From an uncultured delta proteobacterium (lineage in GTDB: Bacteria > Myxococcota > Myxococcia > Myxococcales > Myxococcaceae), in the NCBI GenBank assembly GCA_963713045.1, contig CAVQKE010000004.1, positions 928,001 to 992,000 on the forward strand: 64,000 nt of DNA, in the 5' to 3' direction. The notes under the pieces were generated by a model. The model had not been told where the DNA came from, did not search any database, and was given only the letters and a program-made list of their open reading frames with translations. Numbering within the stretch: position 1 is the first letter of the stretch; each line of letters starts with the position of its first letter. Positions 1-16,845 of the stretch are shown here, piece by piece. Position numbers and translations under genes: made by a program.

Positions 1-2909
<2,909 letters not shown>

Positions 2910-3050
2910 TTGCCTCCGAAGTCCTAAAAAACTCTCCACTTAAAGTGCCCCAAGCACGTCTGGTCGCTCCGGACACCATCGAATTCCTCACTCTGCGAGC
3001 CCGGGAATCGCTCCACCCCGGGCCTCGCGCCACCAGCACCCCCGACGCCC

Positions 3051-7262
<4,212 letters not shown>

Positions 7263-7351
7263 CTCTTCTCCCGGTGGCGCAGGGCACCGCTGAATTCACA
7301 AAATCCCGAAGAACCTTCGCCGAAGCGGACACTCATCGGGCGACGAACGGC

Positions 7352-7400
7352 AATGACAAAGGCCAATGCCGGCACCCCCGCATTGGTGGGGAACCGGCAA
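7352..7400 (-). terminator. Possible attenuator/terminator hairpin between rplL and rpoB
   Basis: TGCCGG..CCCC / GGGG..CCGGCA stem followed on the minus strand by TTGGCCTTTGTCATT. The position is analogous to the rplL-rpoB attenuator. Confidence 0.35.
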
Positions 7401-7446
7401 GGCGGTTGGGGCTCCGGAGCCGTTCTTGCGGCTCCGGGCGGCAGGA

Positions 7447-7821
7447 CTACTTGATCTCGACGGTGGCCCCCGCGGCGGTGAGTTGATCCTTCATCTTCTG
7501 GGCATCGGCCTTGTTGACGCCCTCCTTCACCGTTTTGGGAGCGCCCTCGACCAGATCCTTGGCCTCCTTCAGGCCCAGGCCGGTGATGGCGCGAATCTCC
7601 TTGATGACGTTGATTTTGTTGGCACCGGCACTGGCGAGGACGACGGTAAACTCCGTCTTCTCCTCCACCGCCGCAGCAGCGGCTCCGGCACCTGGCGCAG
7701 CCGCGACGGCGACAGCCGCTGCGGAAACGCCCCACTTCTCCTCGAGTTTCTTCACCAGCTCTGCCGCCTCTAGAACGGTAAGGGCGGACAGGTTCTCCAC
7801 AATCTGATTCAGGTCGGCCAT
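7447..7821 (-). CDS. rplL: 50S ribosomal protein L7/L12
   Basis: 124 aa; [40 protein letters not shown]. Confidence 0.98.
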   Translation of the reverse strand: MADLNQIVENLSALTVLEAAELVKKLEEKWGVSAAAVAVAAAPGAGAAAAAVEEKTEFTVVLASAGANKINVIKEIRAITGLGLKEAKDLVEGAPKTVKEGVNKADAQKMKDQLTAAGATVEIK

Positions 7822-7913
7822 GGCTCGGAACTTGCCTCTATAATGGTCTTGACTCCACGCGGCAGAGTCTGTTGGGGTTAAACTATCTCTTCAGCTGTTT
7901 GGTTCAATTAGAA

Positions 7914-8432
7914 TCACTTACCAAGAGCTTCTGCGCGGGCCTGGACGAGGCGCGCGAGGCTGGAACCTGGGGCGCCCACCGTCCGCACCAGCTTGCCTGC
8001 CGGCTGCATGAGGAGTCCCAGAATCCTCGCCCGGAGTTCGGACAGGCCAGGCAACTTCGCCAGGGCCGCCACGCCGGCAGCGTCGGTCTTCTTCCCCTCC
8101 ACGACCGCGCTACGAATTTTGATGGTCTCCAGGTCCTTGAGGAACTCGGAGAGAATCTTCGCCGGCGTCACCACATCGTCGTAGCCAATGGCAATCGCCA
8201 CTGGCCCGGTGAAGTCCTCACTCACCATCTCCACCGGGGTCCCTTTGGCGGCCCGGCGGGCGAGCGTATTCTTCAGGACCCGGTAGTCCACCCCGCCCTC
8301 GCGAAACTTCTTCCGCAGCCGGGTCACCGTTTCGACATTCAGGCGCGAGAACTCCGCGACAATCGCCGTACGGGCGCGCGCGAACTTCTCGTTCAACTCC
8401 TTGATAAGCGCTTCCTTCTCGCTTCTTTCCAC
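7914..8432 (-). CDS. rplJ: 50S ribosomal protein L10
   Basis: GTG start at 8432 after GGAGGTG; VERSEKEALIKEL..RVLKNTLARRA..LAKLP; lies between rplA and rplL. Confidence 0.95.
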   Translation of the reverse strand: MERSEKEALIKELNEKFARARTAIVAEFSRLNVETVTRLRKKFREGGVDYRVLKNTLARRAAKGTPVEMVSEDFTGPVAIAIGYDDVVTPAKILSEFLKDLETIKIRSAVVEGKKTDAAGVAALAKLPGLSELRARILGLLMQPAGKLVRTVGAPGSSLARLVQARAEALGK

Positions 8433-8587
8433 TCTGGTCTCACCTCCTCCTGTCGTTTCGCGGGCGAGCGGCGTACGGCCGTCGCCCGTGCTGCCTGGAC
8501 CAGAGGCAGAAGCGAGAAGTGACTCCGAAGAGCACCACCCCCGAGGAGGAGGCCGGCTGAGTGCCGGCATCCCCTTCGGACCGCTTC

Positions 8588-8695
8588 CACTGTCTCGGCA
8601 GGGCTGGCGTTCACATCTCGCCGTTTCGACGGGCCGGCGTTCAAGAGGGGTACTGCTCCCCCAAGAGGCCTCCCCGTCCCTGCTGTCTCGGACCA
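8588..8695 (-). promoter_or_regulatory. L10 leader (rplJ autoregulatory RNA)
   Basis: Minus strand GAGACAGCAGG ... CCTGCCGAG pairing, the typical L10-leader core, in the rplA-rplJ spacer. Confidence 0.7.
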
Positions 8696-8792
8696 GAGGG
8701 TGCCGGAGTTCGTCTCCCCTCCCTGGGAGGGGGGGCTGGCTCCAGCGGAACCGGCGCGTCTACCACCGGCGCACCGGGAAAGTCAAAACCCG

Positions 8793-9506
8793 CTACCGGT
8801 AGCGGGCGTTGATGACCTGGGTGTCGAGCTTGATGCCCGGACCCATGGTGGAACTGATGGCGATTCCCTTGAGGTAAATGCCCTTGGCGGTTGCTGGTTT
8901 CAGCTTCATCACCAACTCGATGAGGGCGTTGAAGTTCTCGGCCAGCTTCTCCGGAGCAAAGCTGGCTTTGCCCACCGGGGCATGGACGATTCCGGCCTTC
9001 TCCGCCCGGAATTCGACTTTGCCCCCCTTGGCATCGCGCACTGCCTTGCCCACGTCCGCGGTGACGGTCCCCACTTTGGGGTTGGGCATCAACCCCCGCG
9101 GACCAAGCACCTTTCCCAGCCGGCCCACCACGCCCATCATGTCCGGCGTGGCGATCACCGTGTCGAAGTCCATGAAGCCCTCTTCGATGCGCTTGGCCAA
9201 ATCGGCCTCCCCGACGACGTCGGCTCCGGCGTCTTTCGCCTCCGACTGCTTCTCGCCCTTGGCAAACACCGCCACCCGGACCGTCTTGCCGATGCCGTGC
9301 GGAAGCACCACTGCCCCTCGCACCATCTGGTCGGCATGCTTGGGGTCGACGCCGAGGTTGATGGCCACGTCCACCGTCTGGTCAAACTTCGTTTGACGCA
9401 GCTCGATGGTCTCCTTGAGGAGCCGGAAGGCCTCGTCGATGCCGTAACGCTTGTTGCGGTCCACTTTGGTGGCGGCCGCCCGGAACTTCTTTCCTGAGTT
9501 TGTCAT
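8793..9506 (-). CDS. rplA: 50S ribosomal protein L1
   Basis: [38 protein letters not shown]. Confidence 0.98.
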   Translation of the reverse strand: MTNSGKKFRAAATKVDRNKRYGIDEAFRLLKETIELRQTKFDQTVDVAINLGVDPKHADQMVRGAVVLPHGIGKTVRVAVFAKGEKQSEAKDAGADVVGEADLAKRIEEGFMDFDTVIATPDMMGVVGRLGKVLGPRGLMPNPKVGTVTADVGKAVRDAKGGKVEFRAEKAGIVHAPVGKASFAPEKLAENFNALIELVMKLKPATAKGIYLKGIAISSTMGPGIKLDTQVINARYR

Positions 9507-9534
9507 GTGAGGTCTTTCTTCCCGGGGGGGGCGG

Positions 9535-9981
9535 TTAGCCGACGATTTCGATGCCCATCGAGCGCGCCGTGCCAGCGATGGTGTTCATCGCTGCCTTGAG
9601 GCTTCCCGCGGTGGTGTCGTTGATTTTCAGCTTGGCGATTTCCTCAAGCTGCTTGCGGGTCACCTGGCCCACCTTCTCTTTGCCCGGTTTGTGCGCACCG
9701 GAACCCTTCTTCTTGTCGGTGTGCAAGCCTGCCGCCTTCTTGAGCAGCACCGCGGCCGGCGGCGTCTTGAGCAGGAAGGTAAAGGACCGGTCCTGATAGA
9801 CGGTGATAATCACCGGGATAATCAGGCCTTCCTTCGCCTGCGGCTGCGTCGCCGCGTTGAACTGCTTGCAGAACTCCATGATGTTGACGCCCTGCTGTCC
9901 GAGCGCCGGTCCGATGGGGGGAGCCGGATTGGCCTTACCCGCCGGAATTTGGAGTTTCACCTGCCCCGTGACTTTTTTCAT
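9535..9981 (-). CDS. rplK: 50S ribosomal protein L11
   Basis: [35 protein letters not shown]. Confidence 0.98.
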   Translation of the reverse strand: MKKVTGQVKLQIPAGKANPAPPIGPALGQQGVNIMEFCKQFNAATQPQAKEGLIIPVIITVYQDRSFTFLLKTPPAAVLLKKAAGLHTDKKKGSGAHKPGKEKVGQVTRKQLEEIAKLKINDTTAGSLKAAMNTIAGTARSMGIEIVG

Positions 9982-9999
9982 CGCTGCTTCTGACCTCCG

Positions 10000-10036
10000 G
10001 GTGGTTCGAACGGGTGGCTGTCGCCGCCCTCCCACC
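10000..10036 (-). promoter_or_regulatory. Putative L1-binding autoregulatory site upstream of rplK
   Basis: Minus strand GTGGGAG...GTTCGAACCAC just before the rplK Shine-Dalgarno; resembles the L1 rRNA-mimic site. Confidence 0.55.
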
Positions 10037-10091
10037 GCTGAATGCTGCCCTTGAGTGAATTCTCAAGGGGGTCCGTCGCCCGGACTCCTTC

Positions 10092-10640
10092 TTAGGACCC
10101 GGTTTTCTCCACCTGCATGAAATCCAGCTCCACCGGGGTGGCGCGACCGAAGATGGAGACCAGCACCTTCACCCGGCCCTTGTCCGGATTCACTTCCTCC
10201 ACCGTCCCGTTGAAGTTGCTGAAGGGGCCGTCGATGACGCGAACCGTGTCGCCCTCCTCGAATTGCACCTTGGGCTTCGGCTTGAGCGTGCCCTCGGAGA
10301 TTTGCGTGGTGAGGCGCTCCATCTGGTTTTCGGGGATGGGTGGCGGCTGCTCGTTGTGCGCCGCACCGATGAAACCGGTGACCTTGGGCGTGTTCTTCAC
10401 CAGGTGCCAGGTCCGGTCGTTCATCTCCATCTGGACCAGGATGTAGCCGGGGAGGAACTTGCGCTTGGAGGTCTTCTTCTCCCCCTTCACCATCTCCACC
10501 ACCTGCTCGACCGGAATCAGGATTTCTCCGAAGTGCTCGGTCAGCCCCTCCAGTTTGATTTTCTCCTCGAGACTCTTCTTCGCCTTGTTCTCGAAGCCCG
10601 AGTAGGTGTGCACCGCGTACCACCGCTTTTCGCCCATCAT
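10092..10640 (-). CDS. nusG: Transcription termination/antitermination factor NusG
   Basis: [24 protein letters not shown] motif [23 protein letters not shown]. Confidence 0.97.
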   Translation of the reverse strand: MMGEKRWYAVHTYSGFENKAKKSLEEKIKLEGLTEHFGEILIPVEQVVEMVKGEKKTSKRKFLPGYILVQMEMNDRTWHLVKNTPKVTGFIGAAHNEQPPPIPENQMERLTTQISEGTLKPKPKVQFEEGDTVRVIDGPFSNFNGTVEEVNPDKGRVKVLVSIFGRATPVELDFMQVEKTGS

Positions 10641-11081
10641 AGTCTCCCCAACAGGGCGGGCAGCCATTGCACCATTAGCTTGTACGCCATCGTGTCGATT
10701 CCGAAGAGCAACAGCCCCGCCACCAGCGAGGCGATGATCACCGCCCACGTCGACACCCAGGTCTCGGCGCGCGAGGGCCAAGTCACCTTCATCAGCTCGG
10801 TTGCCGATTTCCATGGCCAGCTCGCGCACCCGGGTGTTGAGCCAGCAGCCGCCCAAAAGGGCGGCGGTGAGGACCAGGGCCACCAGTGACGTCGTCTTCC
10901 ATTCAGTCAGTCCTTCGAAAATGGGCCGGTCGGGGAGGCCGGCAGCGACCCAGATGGGCGCCAGCACGTGCTGGAGGAAAAGCACCAGCGCCGCCGCGAC
11001 GCAGAGGGTGAAAATCACCACCAGCCGCGTGGGGGACATCCCGGAGCGGTTGGCTTGATGGAGGGCTTCGTTGGAGGCCAT
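10637..11081 (-). CDS. secE: Preprotein translocase SecE (three-TM type; one extra base near 10805)
   Basis: Removing one G in ATC-G-GCA gives EIATELMKVTWPSRAETWVSTWAVIIAS, the SecE motif, ending at TGA 10637-10639, which overlaps the nusG start. Confidence 0.9.
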
Positions 11082-11106
11082 GTCAGGCGGGTCCTTGTGT
11101 GCGCAG

Positions 11107-11179
11107 CAGGCCAGGAGGGATTCGAACCCCCAACAGGCGGTTTTGGAGACCGCTGCTCTACCGTTGGAGCTACTGGCCT
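11107..11179 (-). tRNA. tRNA-Trp(CCA)
   Basis: AGGCCAGTAGCTCCAACGGTAGAGCAGCGGTCTCCAAAACCGC..GGTTCGAATCC..CTGGCCTG; canonical position between rpmG and secE. Confidence 0.95.
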
Positions 11180-11186
11180 AGTCACC

Positions 11187-11346
11187 CTACTTCCTTCCTT
11201 GTGGTCGGTGTGCTTTCGGCACCACCGGCAATATTTCTCAGTTCAAGCTTGTCCTGGCTCTTCCGCTTGTTCTTGGTGGTCGAGTAGTTGCGGCGTTTAC
11301 ACACCGGACACTCGAGCGAGATGATGCTGCGGTTTCCTTTCGGCAT
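11187..11346 (-). CDS. rpmG: 50S ribosomal protein L33, zinc-ribbon (C+) form; frameshifted near the 3' end
   Basis: [36 protein letters not shown], then [13 protein letters not shown] in another frame (missing A in an A-run). The 3' end is approximate. Confidence 0.88.
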
Positions 11347-11439
11347 GATTTCAACTCTCCATCAAAAGGCGAGTGGGGGGCGCCCGAACGGCTTTGGGCT
11401 CCCCCCACCGGGCCAACCACATTGGGTGGGTGGCTCTGC

Positions 11440-12644
11440 TTACTCGATGACTTCGGCCACCACGCCGGCGCCCACGGTGCGGCCGCCTTCCCGCATCGCG
11501 AAGCGCAGTTCCTTCTCCATGGCGACCGGGGTGATGAGATCCACTTCCATGGCGATGTTGTCTCCCGGGCATCACCATCTCGACGCTCTTGGGCAGCGTC
11601 ACGACCCCGGTCACGTCCGTGGTCCGGAAATAAAACTGCGGCCGGTAGCCGGTGAAGAACGGCGTGTGCCGCCCGCCTTCCTCTTTGTTGAGCACGTAGA
11701 CTTCGGCCTTGAACTTGGTGTGCGGGCGTGATCGACGCCCGGCTTGGCCACCACCTGGCCCCGCTCCACTCCGTCCTTTTTGATGCCCGCGCAGCAAGCG
11801 CCCAACGTTGTCCCCGCCTGGCCCGTCGTCCAGGAGTCTTCCGGAACATCTCCACCCCGGTGCACACCGTCTTTGGCGTCGGGGCAAGACCCACGATCTC
11901 CACTTCCTCGCCCACTTTCATGACGCCGCGCTCGGCCCGGCCCGTTACCACCGTGCCGCGCCCGGAAATGCTGAAGACGTCTTCAATGGGCATCAGGAAC
12001 GGCTTGTCCGTGGCGCGCACCGGCTCCGGAATGTAGGTGTCCAAGGCGTTCATGAGCTCGAAGATGGGCTTGGCCTCTTCGCTGTTGATATCGTCTGATT
12101 CCAGGGCCTTTAAGCGCACTTCCCTTGATGATCGGGATGTCGTCGCCCGGAAAGTCGTACTTGCTTGAGCAGTTCCCGAAGTTCCAGCTCGACCAGTTCG
12201 ATGAGCTCCGGGTCGTCCACCATGTCCACCTTGTTCAGAAACACCACGATGTAGGGAACGCCCACCTGCCTGGCCAGGAGAATGTGCTCCCGGGTCTGGG
12301 GCATGGGGCCATCGTCGGCGGCCACACCACCAGGATGGCCCCGTCCATCTGGGCCGCTCCGGTGATCATGTTCTTGATATAGTCGGCATGGCCCGGGCAG
12401 TCCACATGGGCGTAGTGGCGCTTGTCGGTTTCATACTCCACGTGGGCCGGTGCGATGGTGATGCCGCGCTCACGTTCCTCCGGGGCCTTGTCGATCTGGT
12501 CAAAGGCCGAATGAAGCTGGCCATCCCTTTCTTGGCCAAATGCTTGGTGATCGCCGCGGTCAAGGTCGTCTTGCCATGGTCGATGTGACCGATGGTGCCC
12601 ACGTTGACGTGTGGCTTCGTGCGCTCGAACTTCTTCTTGGCCAT
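11440..12644 (-). CDS. tuf: Elongation factor Tu (about 11 apparent frameshifts; likely chimeric consensus)
   Basis: [39 protein letters not shown] are spread over several frames; stop TAA at 11440-11442. Confidence 0.93.
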
Positions 12645-12676
12645 GTGCTCTTCCTTCCGGAATGCGAACCTTATTT

Positions 12677-12730
12677 CCCGGAGGATTGCACTCCGGGGGA
12701 CCTCATCCTTACCAAGGATGACGCTCTACC
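12677..12730 (-). pseudogene. Degenerate partial tRNA-Thr(GGT)-like fragment
   Basis: Minus strand GGTAGAGCGTCATCCTTGGTAAGGATGAGGTC: D-arm end plus a complete anticodon stem-loop with GGT, then a degenerate T-arm and no acceptor stem. Confidence 0.55.
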
Positions 12731-12734
12731 AAGA

Positions 12735-12810
<76 letters not shown>

Positions 12811-12812
12811 CT

Positions 12813-12888
12813 TGGAGCGGGAAACGGGATTCGAACCCGCGACATTCAGCTTGGAAGGCTGACGCTCTACCATCTGAGCTATTCCCGC
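12813..12888 (-). tRNA. tRNA-Gly(TCC)
   Basis: GCGGGAATAGCTCAG..CAGCCTTCCAAGCTG..GGTTCGAATCCCGTTTCCCGCTCCA. Confidence 0.96.
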
Positions 12889-12905
12889 CCACGCCTACAT
12901 GATGA

Positions 12906-12988
12906 TGGAGAGGGGATGGATTCGAACCTACGAAGGCTGCGCCGGCAGATTTACAGTCTGCTCCCTTTGGCCGCTCGGGTACCCCTCC
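12906..12988 (-). tRNA. tRNA-Tyr(GTA)
   Basis: GGAGGGGTACCCGAGCGGCCAAAGGGAGCAGACTGTAAATCTGC with long variable arm. The T-stem and acceptor are slightly irregular. Confidence 0.92.
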
Positions 12989-13044
12989 GCACGCTCTCCT
13001 TCGTCCGTTTTTCGTTCGTCCCGTTGTCTTTTGAAGCCTCCCGT

Positions 13045-13117
13045 GGCCGGCGGCGGGGGTCGAACCCGCGACCTACTGATTACAAATCAGTTGCTCTACC
13101 GCCTGAGCTACACCGGC
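13045..13117 (-). tRNA. tRNA-Thr(TGT)
   Basis: GCCGGTGTAGCTCAGGCGGTAGAGCAACTGATTTGTAATCAG..GGTTCGACCCC..GCCGGC. Confidence 0.95.
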
Positions 13118-13447
13118 ACCGGCTGATTTCACTCGATTTTTTCTCCTACAACGACTGCCTACTGCCAACCGGTGGGGGCCTCCGAAACCGCCCCTGGACC
13201 GTACCCTACATGCACACCTATCCAGTGGGGGTCCACCCGGGGGTCGCGCGTCCTACCGCGAACGTCTCGACTTGTCCAGGCCTGGCCCGGGCGCCCCTCT
13301 GCGCTGCACCGTGCAGCGCGGCCCGGCGTGGGGCGAGCGGCGCTCTGTCTCTATAACCAGCCGTTGGCCGCACGCCATGCGCCCACGGCGGAGGGCCGCC
13401 TTCGGGCGCCCGGCACTCGTCCCTTCCGGAGGAGCGAATCGGCGAGG

Positions 13448-15916
13448 ATGGGCACTTTGAAACGGGTGGCCCACAAATTTGGAGGCTCCAGCCTCGCCAA
13501 TGCCGCGCGGTTCCGGGCGGTGGCGGAGCTGCTCTGTGCCCGCGCCGAGCCAGAGCAGGTGGTGGTGGTGTCCGCCATCCAAGGGGTGACGGATGCGCTG
13601 CTGCGCCTGGCCCAGGACGCCTCTGACGGCCAACAGAGCTGGCGAGAGGCCGGTGCCGCGCTGCGGGAACAGCACGGCCGGGTGGCCGACGAATTGCTTG
13701 GGAGCGCCGCCGCGGAGGTGCAACTCTGGCTCGATGCGCGCTTCGCGGAGCTGACGGCGCTCCTTCAGGGGCTCTCCCTTTTGCGCATCCGCGCTCCGGA
13801 GACGGTGGACCGCATCCAGGGGCTGGGAGAAGTTTTTTCGGCACGGCTCCTCTGCGCTTACTTCGGGGCAATGGGAAGTCCGGCGGCGCTCCTCGACGCG
13901 CGCGACGTCCTCGTCGTCCAGCCGGGGGAACTGGGCGTCGCCGTCGACTGGGAGGACAGCGCGCGGCGGCTGGCCCTCTGGCGGTCAAGTCACCCGGAGG
14001 CCCGGGTGGTGGTGACTGGCTTCGTGGCTCGCGATGAGCGCGGCATGCCGACCACCCTCGGGCGAAACGGAAGCGACTATTCAGGGTCCATCTTCGGCGC
14101 ACTGTTTGAAGCCGAGGAAATTCAAATCTGGACGGACGTCGACGGTGTCCTATCCGCCGACCCGCGTCTGGTCCCCGAGGCGGTGCTGGTCCCGCACCTG
14201 TCCTACGACGAGGCGTGCGAGCTGGCCTATTTTGGGGCGAAAGTCGTTCATCCGCAGACGATGGCCCCGGCGATTGCCCGCGGCATCCCCTTACGCATCC
14301 GCAACAGCTTTCGACCGGAGCACCCGGGCACCCGCATCGACGCCGAGTTGGACCGCAGTCGGACGGTGAAGGGCATCAGCACCATGCCTGGCCTGGCGCT
14401 CCTCAACGTCGAAGGGGCCGGGATGATTGGCGTCCCGGGGACCGCCGAGCGCGTCTTCGGGGCGCTCCGCGCCGCACGCGTGTCGGTGGTGATGATTTCT
14501 CAAGGCTCTTCGGAGCACTCCATCTGCTGCGTGGTGCGCGCCTCCGAGGCGGTGGCGGCACAGACCGGTCTCCGGGAAGCCTTCGCTCGCGAGCTCGAAC
14601 GCGGTCACATTGAGCGAATTACCGTGCAGGCCGGCATCAGTGCCCTGGCCACGGTGGGAGACGGGATGGCCGGGACGCCGGGCGTCGCCGCCCGACTGTT
14701 CCAGTCTTTGGCTCGCCCCGGGGTGAATGTGCGAGCCATCGCCCAGGGCGCTTCGGAGCGGAACATTTCGGTGGCCATCGCCAGCGCCGATGCACCCCGG
14801 GCCCTGCGCGCGGTCCACGCCGGTTTCTACCTTTCGGCGCAGACGGTTTCCTTGGGCTTGGTCGGCCCGGGGCAGGTCGGGCGCGCCTTCTTGCAGCAGC
14901 TGGCTCGGGCAGAAACACGGCTGCGAAGTGAGGCACACCTCGACCTTCGGGTGCGCGCGGCGGCAGACAGCCACCGGATGGTGCTGGAGGAGCTCTCGCT
15001 CGCGGCTGCCGACGCGCCGGCCCTGCTCGCCGCCGCGACTTTACCGACGGACCTCGAGCAGTTCGCCCGTCACGTTCGGGCAAGCCATCTACCCCACGCC
15101 GTCATCATCGACTGCAGCGCCAGCGACGCAGTGGCCGATGCCTACGCCGGTTGGTTGGCGTTGGGCATCCACGTCATCACCCCCAACAAGCACGCGGGCA
15201 GCGGTCCGTTGGAGCGCTTTCGGCGTCTGCGGCGCGCCTCGGCGGAGCATGGCGCCCGTTTCCGCTACGAGGCCACGGTCGGGGCAGGCCTCCCCATCAT
15301 CACCACGCTGCGCGACCTGCTGGACACGGGCGACCAGGTGCTTTGCATCGAGGGCATCCTCTCCGGAACGCTGGCCTACCTCTTCAACCAGTTCGACGGC
15401 CAAGTGCCATTCTCCACCCTGGTGCGCGAGGCGCGCTCCGCCGGTTACACCGAGCCCGACCCGCGCGAGGACCTCAGTGGCATGGACGTGGCGCGCAAGT
15501 TGGTGATTCTCGGTCGGGAAATGGGCGACGCCCTGGAACTGTCCTCCGTCTCGGTGCAGGGGCTGGTGCCGCCCGGGCTTCAAGCGCTGTCGCGCGAGGA
15601 GTTCCTCGAGCGCCTCCCGGAGCTGGACCAACCGCTCGCCACCCGCCTCGCCGAGGCGCAGAGTCGAGGCCGCGTGCTGCGCTACGTGGCGCGACTGGAC
15701 CGCTCCGGTGCGGCCACCGTTGGACTGACGGAGCTGCCCGCCGAGCACGCCTTGGCCCACGGCCAGGCCACCGACAACGTGGTCCGCTTCACCACGGCCC
15801 GCTACCGCGAGCGACCGCTGGTGGTGCAAGGACCGGGCGCCGGCCCAGAGGTGACCGCGGCCGGCGTCTTTGCTGACCTGTTGCGCATCGCCACCGGGCT
15901 GGGAGGGTCGTCGTGA
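13448..15916 (+). CDS. thrA: Bifunctional aspartate kinase / homoserine dehydrogenase I
   Basis: HKFGGSS, TTLGRNGSDYS, WTDVDGV, two ACT domains, GPGQVG, YEATVGAGLP, GPGAGPEVTAAGV. ATG at 13448. Confidence 0.95.
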   Translation: MGTLKRVAHKFGGSSLANAARFRAVAELLCARAEPEQVVVVSAIQGVTDALLRLAQDASDGQQSWREAGAALREQHGRVADELLGSAAAEVQLWLDARFAELTALLQGLSLLRIRAPETVDRIQGLGEVFSARLLCAYFGAMGSPAALLDARDVLVVQPGELGVAVDWEDSARRLALWRSSHPEARVVVTGFVARDERGMPTTLGRNGSDYSGSIFGALFEAEEIQIWTDVDGVLSADPRLVPEAVLVPHLSYDEACELAYFGAKVVHPQTMAPAIARGIPLRIRNSFRPEHPGTRIDAELDRSRTVKGISTMPGLALLNVEGAGMIGVPGTAERVFGALRAARVSVVMISQGSSEHSICCVVRASEAVAAQTGLREAFARELERGHIERITVQAGISALATVGDGMAGTPGVAARLFQSLARPGVNVRAIAQGASERNISVAIASADAPRALRAVHAGFYLSAQTVSLGLVGPGQVGRAFLQQLARAETRLRSEAHLDLRVRAAADSHRMVLEELSLAAADAPALLAAATLPTDLEQFARHVRASHLPHAVIIDCSASDAVADAYAGWLALGIHVITPNKHAGSGPLERFRRLRRASAEHGARFRYEATVGAGLPIITTLRDLLDTGDQVLCIEGILSGTLAYLFNQFDGQVPFSTLVREARSAGYTEPDPREDLSGMDVARKLVILGREMGDALELSSVSVQGLVPPGLQALSREEFLERLPELDQPLATRLAEAQSRGRVLRYVARLDRSGAATVGLTELPAEHALAHGQATDNVVRFTTARYRERPLVVQGPGAGPEVTAAGVFADLLRIATGLGGSS

Positions 15917-16845
15917 GTGCGCGTCAGGCGACCGCTTCGGCCCCAGCCTCGGTCGGCAACATCGGCGTCGGCTTCGACATTCTCGGCCACTCCATCGAAG
16001 GCCCGGCCGACCAGGTCACAGTGACTGCCATCGAGGAGGCGGAAGTCCGCATCAGCGGCATTGAGGGCGTGGTGGCGGGGCTGCCGCGCGAGGCAGCGCG
16101 GAACACCGCGGGCCAGGCTCTCATCAGCCTGCGTCAGCGCCTCGGGCTGCGGCACGGTTTCGAGGTCTTCATCCACAAGGGCATTCCGCTCGGCTCGGGG
16201 ATGGGCGGTTCGGCCGCCTCGTGCGTCGCGGCCCTGGTCGCGGCCAACGCCATTCTCGAACGGCCAGTCGCGGTGGAGGTGCTCTACCCCTGCGCGCTGG
16301 AGGGTGAGTCGGTGGCCAGCGGCAGCCTCCACGGCGACAACGTCGGGCCCATGCTTCTCGGGGGCCTGGTGTTGGCGACCCGGGACAGGCTGCTTCCCAT
16401 TCCCGTGCCCGGCGACCTCAGCTGCGTGCTGGTGCATCCGCACCAGGTGTTGGAGACGCGCACCGCGCGGGCCGTGCTGAATCGGCCCTTTCAGCTTCCG
16501 CAATTCGTCGCCCAGAGCGCCAACCTGGCCCTGGTGCTGGCCGGTTGTTACCGCGGCGAGCTGGACACCATTGGGGCCGGGCTGCGCGACGTCTTGGTGG
16601 AGCCGCTGCGGGCACCGCTGGTGCCGGGCTTCGCGCAAGTGCAGGCCGCGGCGCTGTCGGCGGGGGCGCTGGGAGCGAGCATCTCCGGCGGCGGCCCAAG
16701 TGTCTTCGCCTGGTGCGACGCCACCAAGGCCCCGGAAATTGCGGCCGCCATGGAGGCTGCGTTTGCTCGCTGGGACATCGGCTGTGACGTCTTTGTCTCT
16801 CCGGTGGCTGGTCCTGCAGCTCGGGTGCTGAGATGCACTACCTAA
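15913..16845 (+). CDS. thrB: Homoserine kinase
   Basis: APASVGNIGVGFDILG, GHMP motif IPLGSGMGGSAAS, HGDNV, ISGGGPS; GTGA overlap with thrA. Confidence 0.95.
   Translation: MSARQATASAPASVGNIGVGFDILGHSIEGPADQVTVTAIEEAEVRISGIEGVVAGLPREAARNTAGQALISLRQRLGLRHGFEVFIHKGIPLGSGMGGSAASCVAALVAANAILERPVAVEVLYPCALEGESVASGSLHGDNVGPMLLGGLVLATRDRLLPIPVPGDLSCVLVHPHQVLETRTARAVLNRPFQLPQFVAQSANLALVLAGCYRGELDTIGAGLRDVLVEPLRAPLVPGFAQVQAAALSAGALGASISGGGPSVFAWCDATKAPEIAAAMEAAFARWDIGCDVFVSPVAGPAARVLRCTT

Noticed and set aside
10092..11081. 329-aa apparent SecE-NusG fusion ORF
   Set aside because: Caused by one extra G near 10805. Correcting it restores the SecE motif and a stop that overlaps the nusG start.
11187..11240. 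rpmG as a pseudogene or with a novel C-terminus
   Set aside because: The normal [13 protein letters not shown] is present in the next frame; consistent with base loss in short A-runs.
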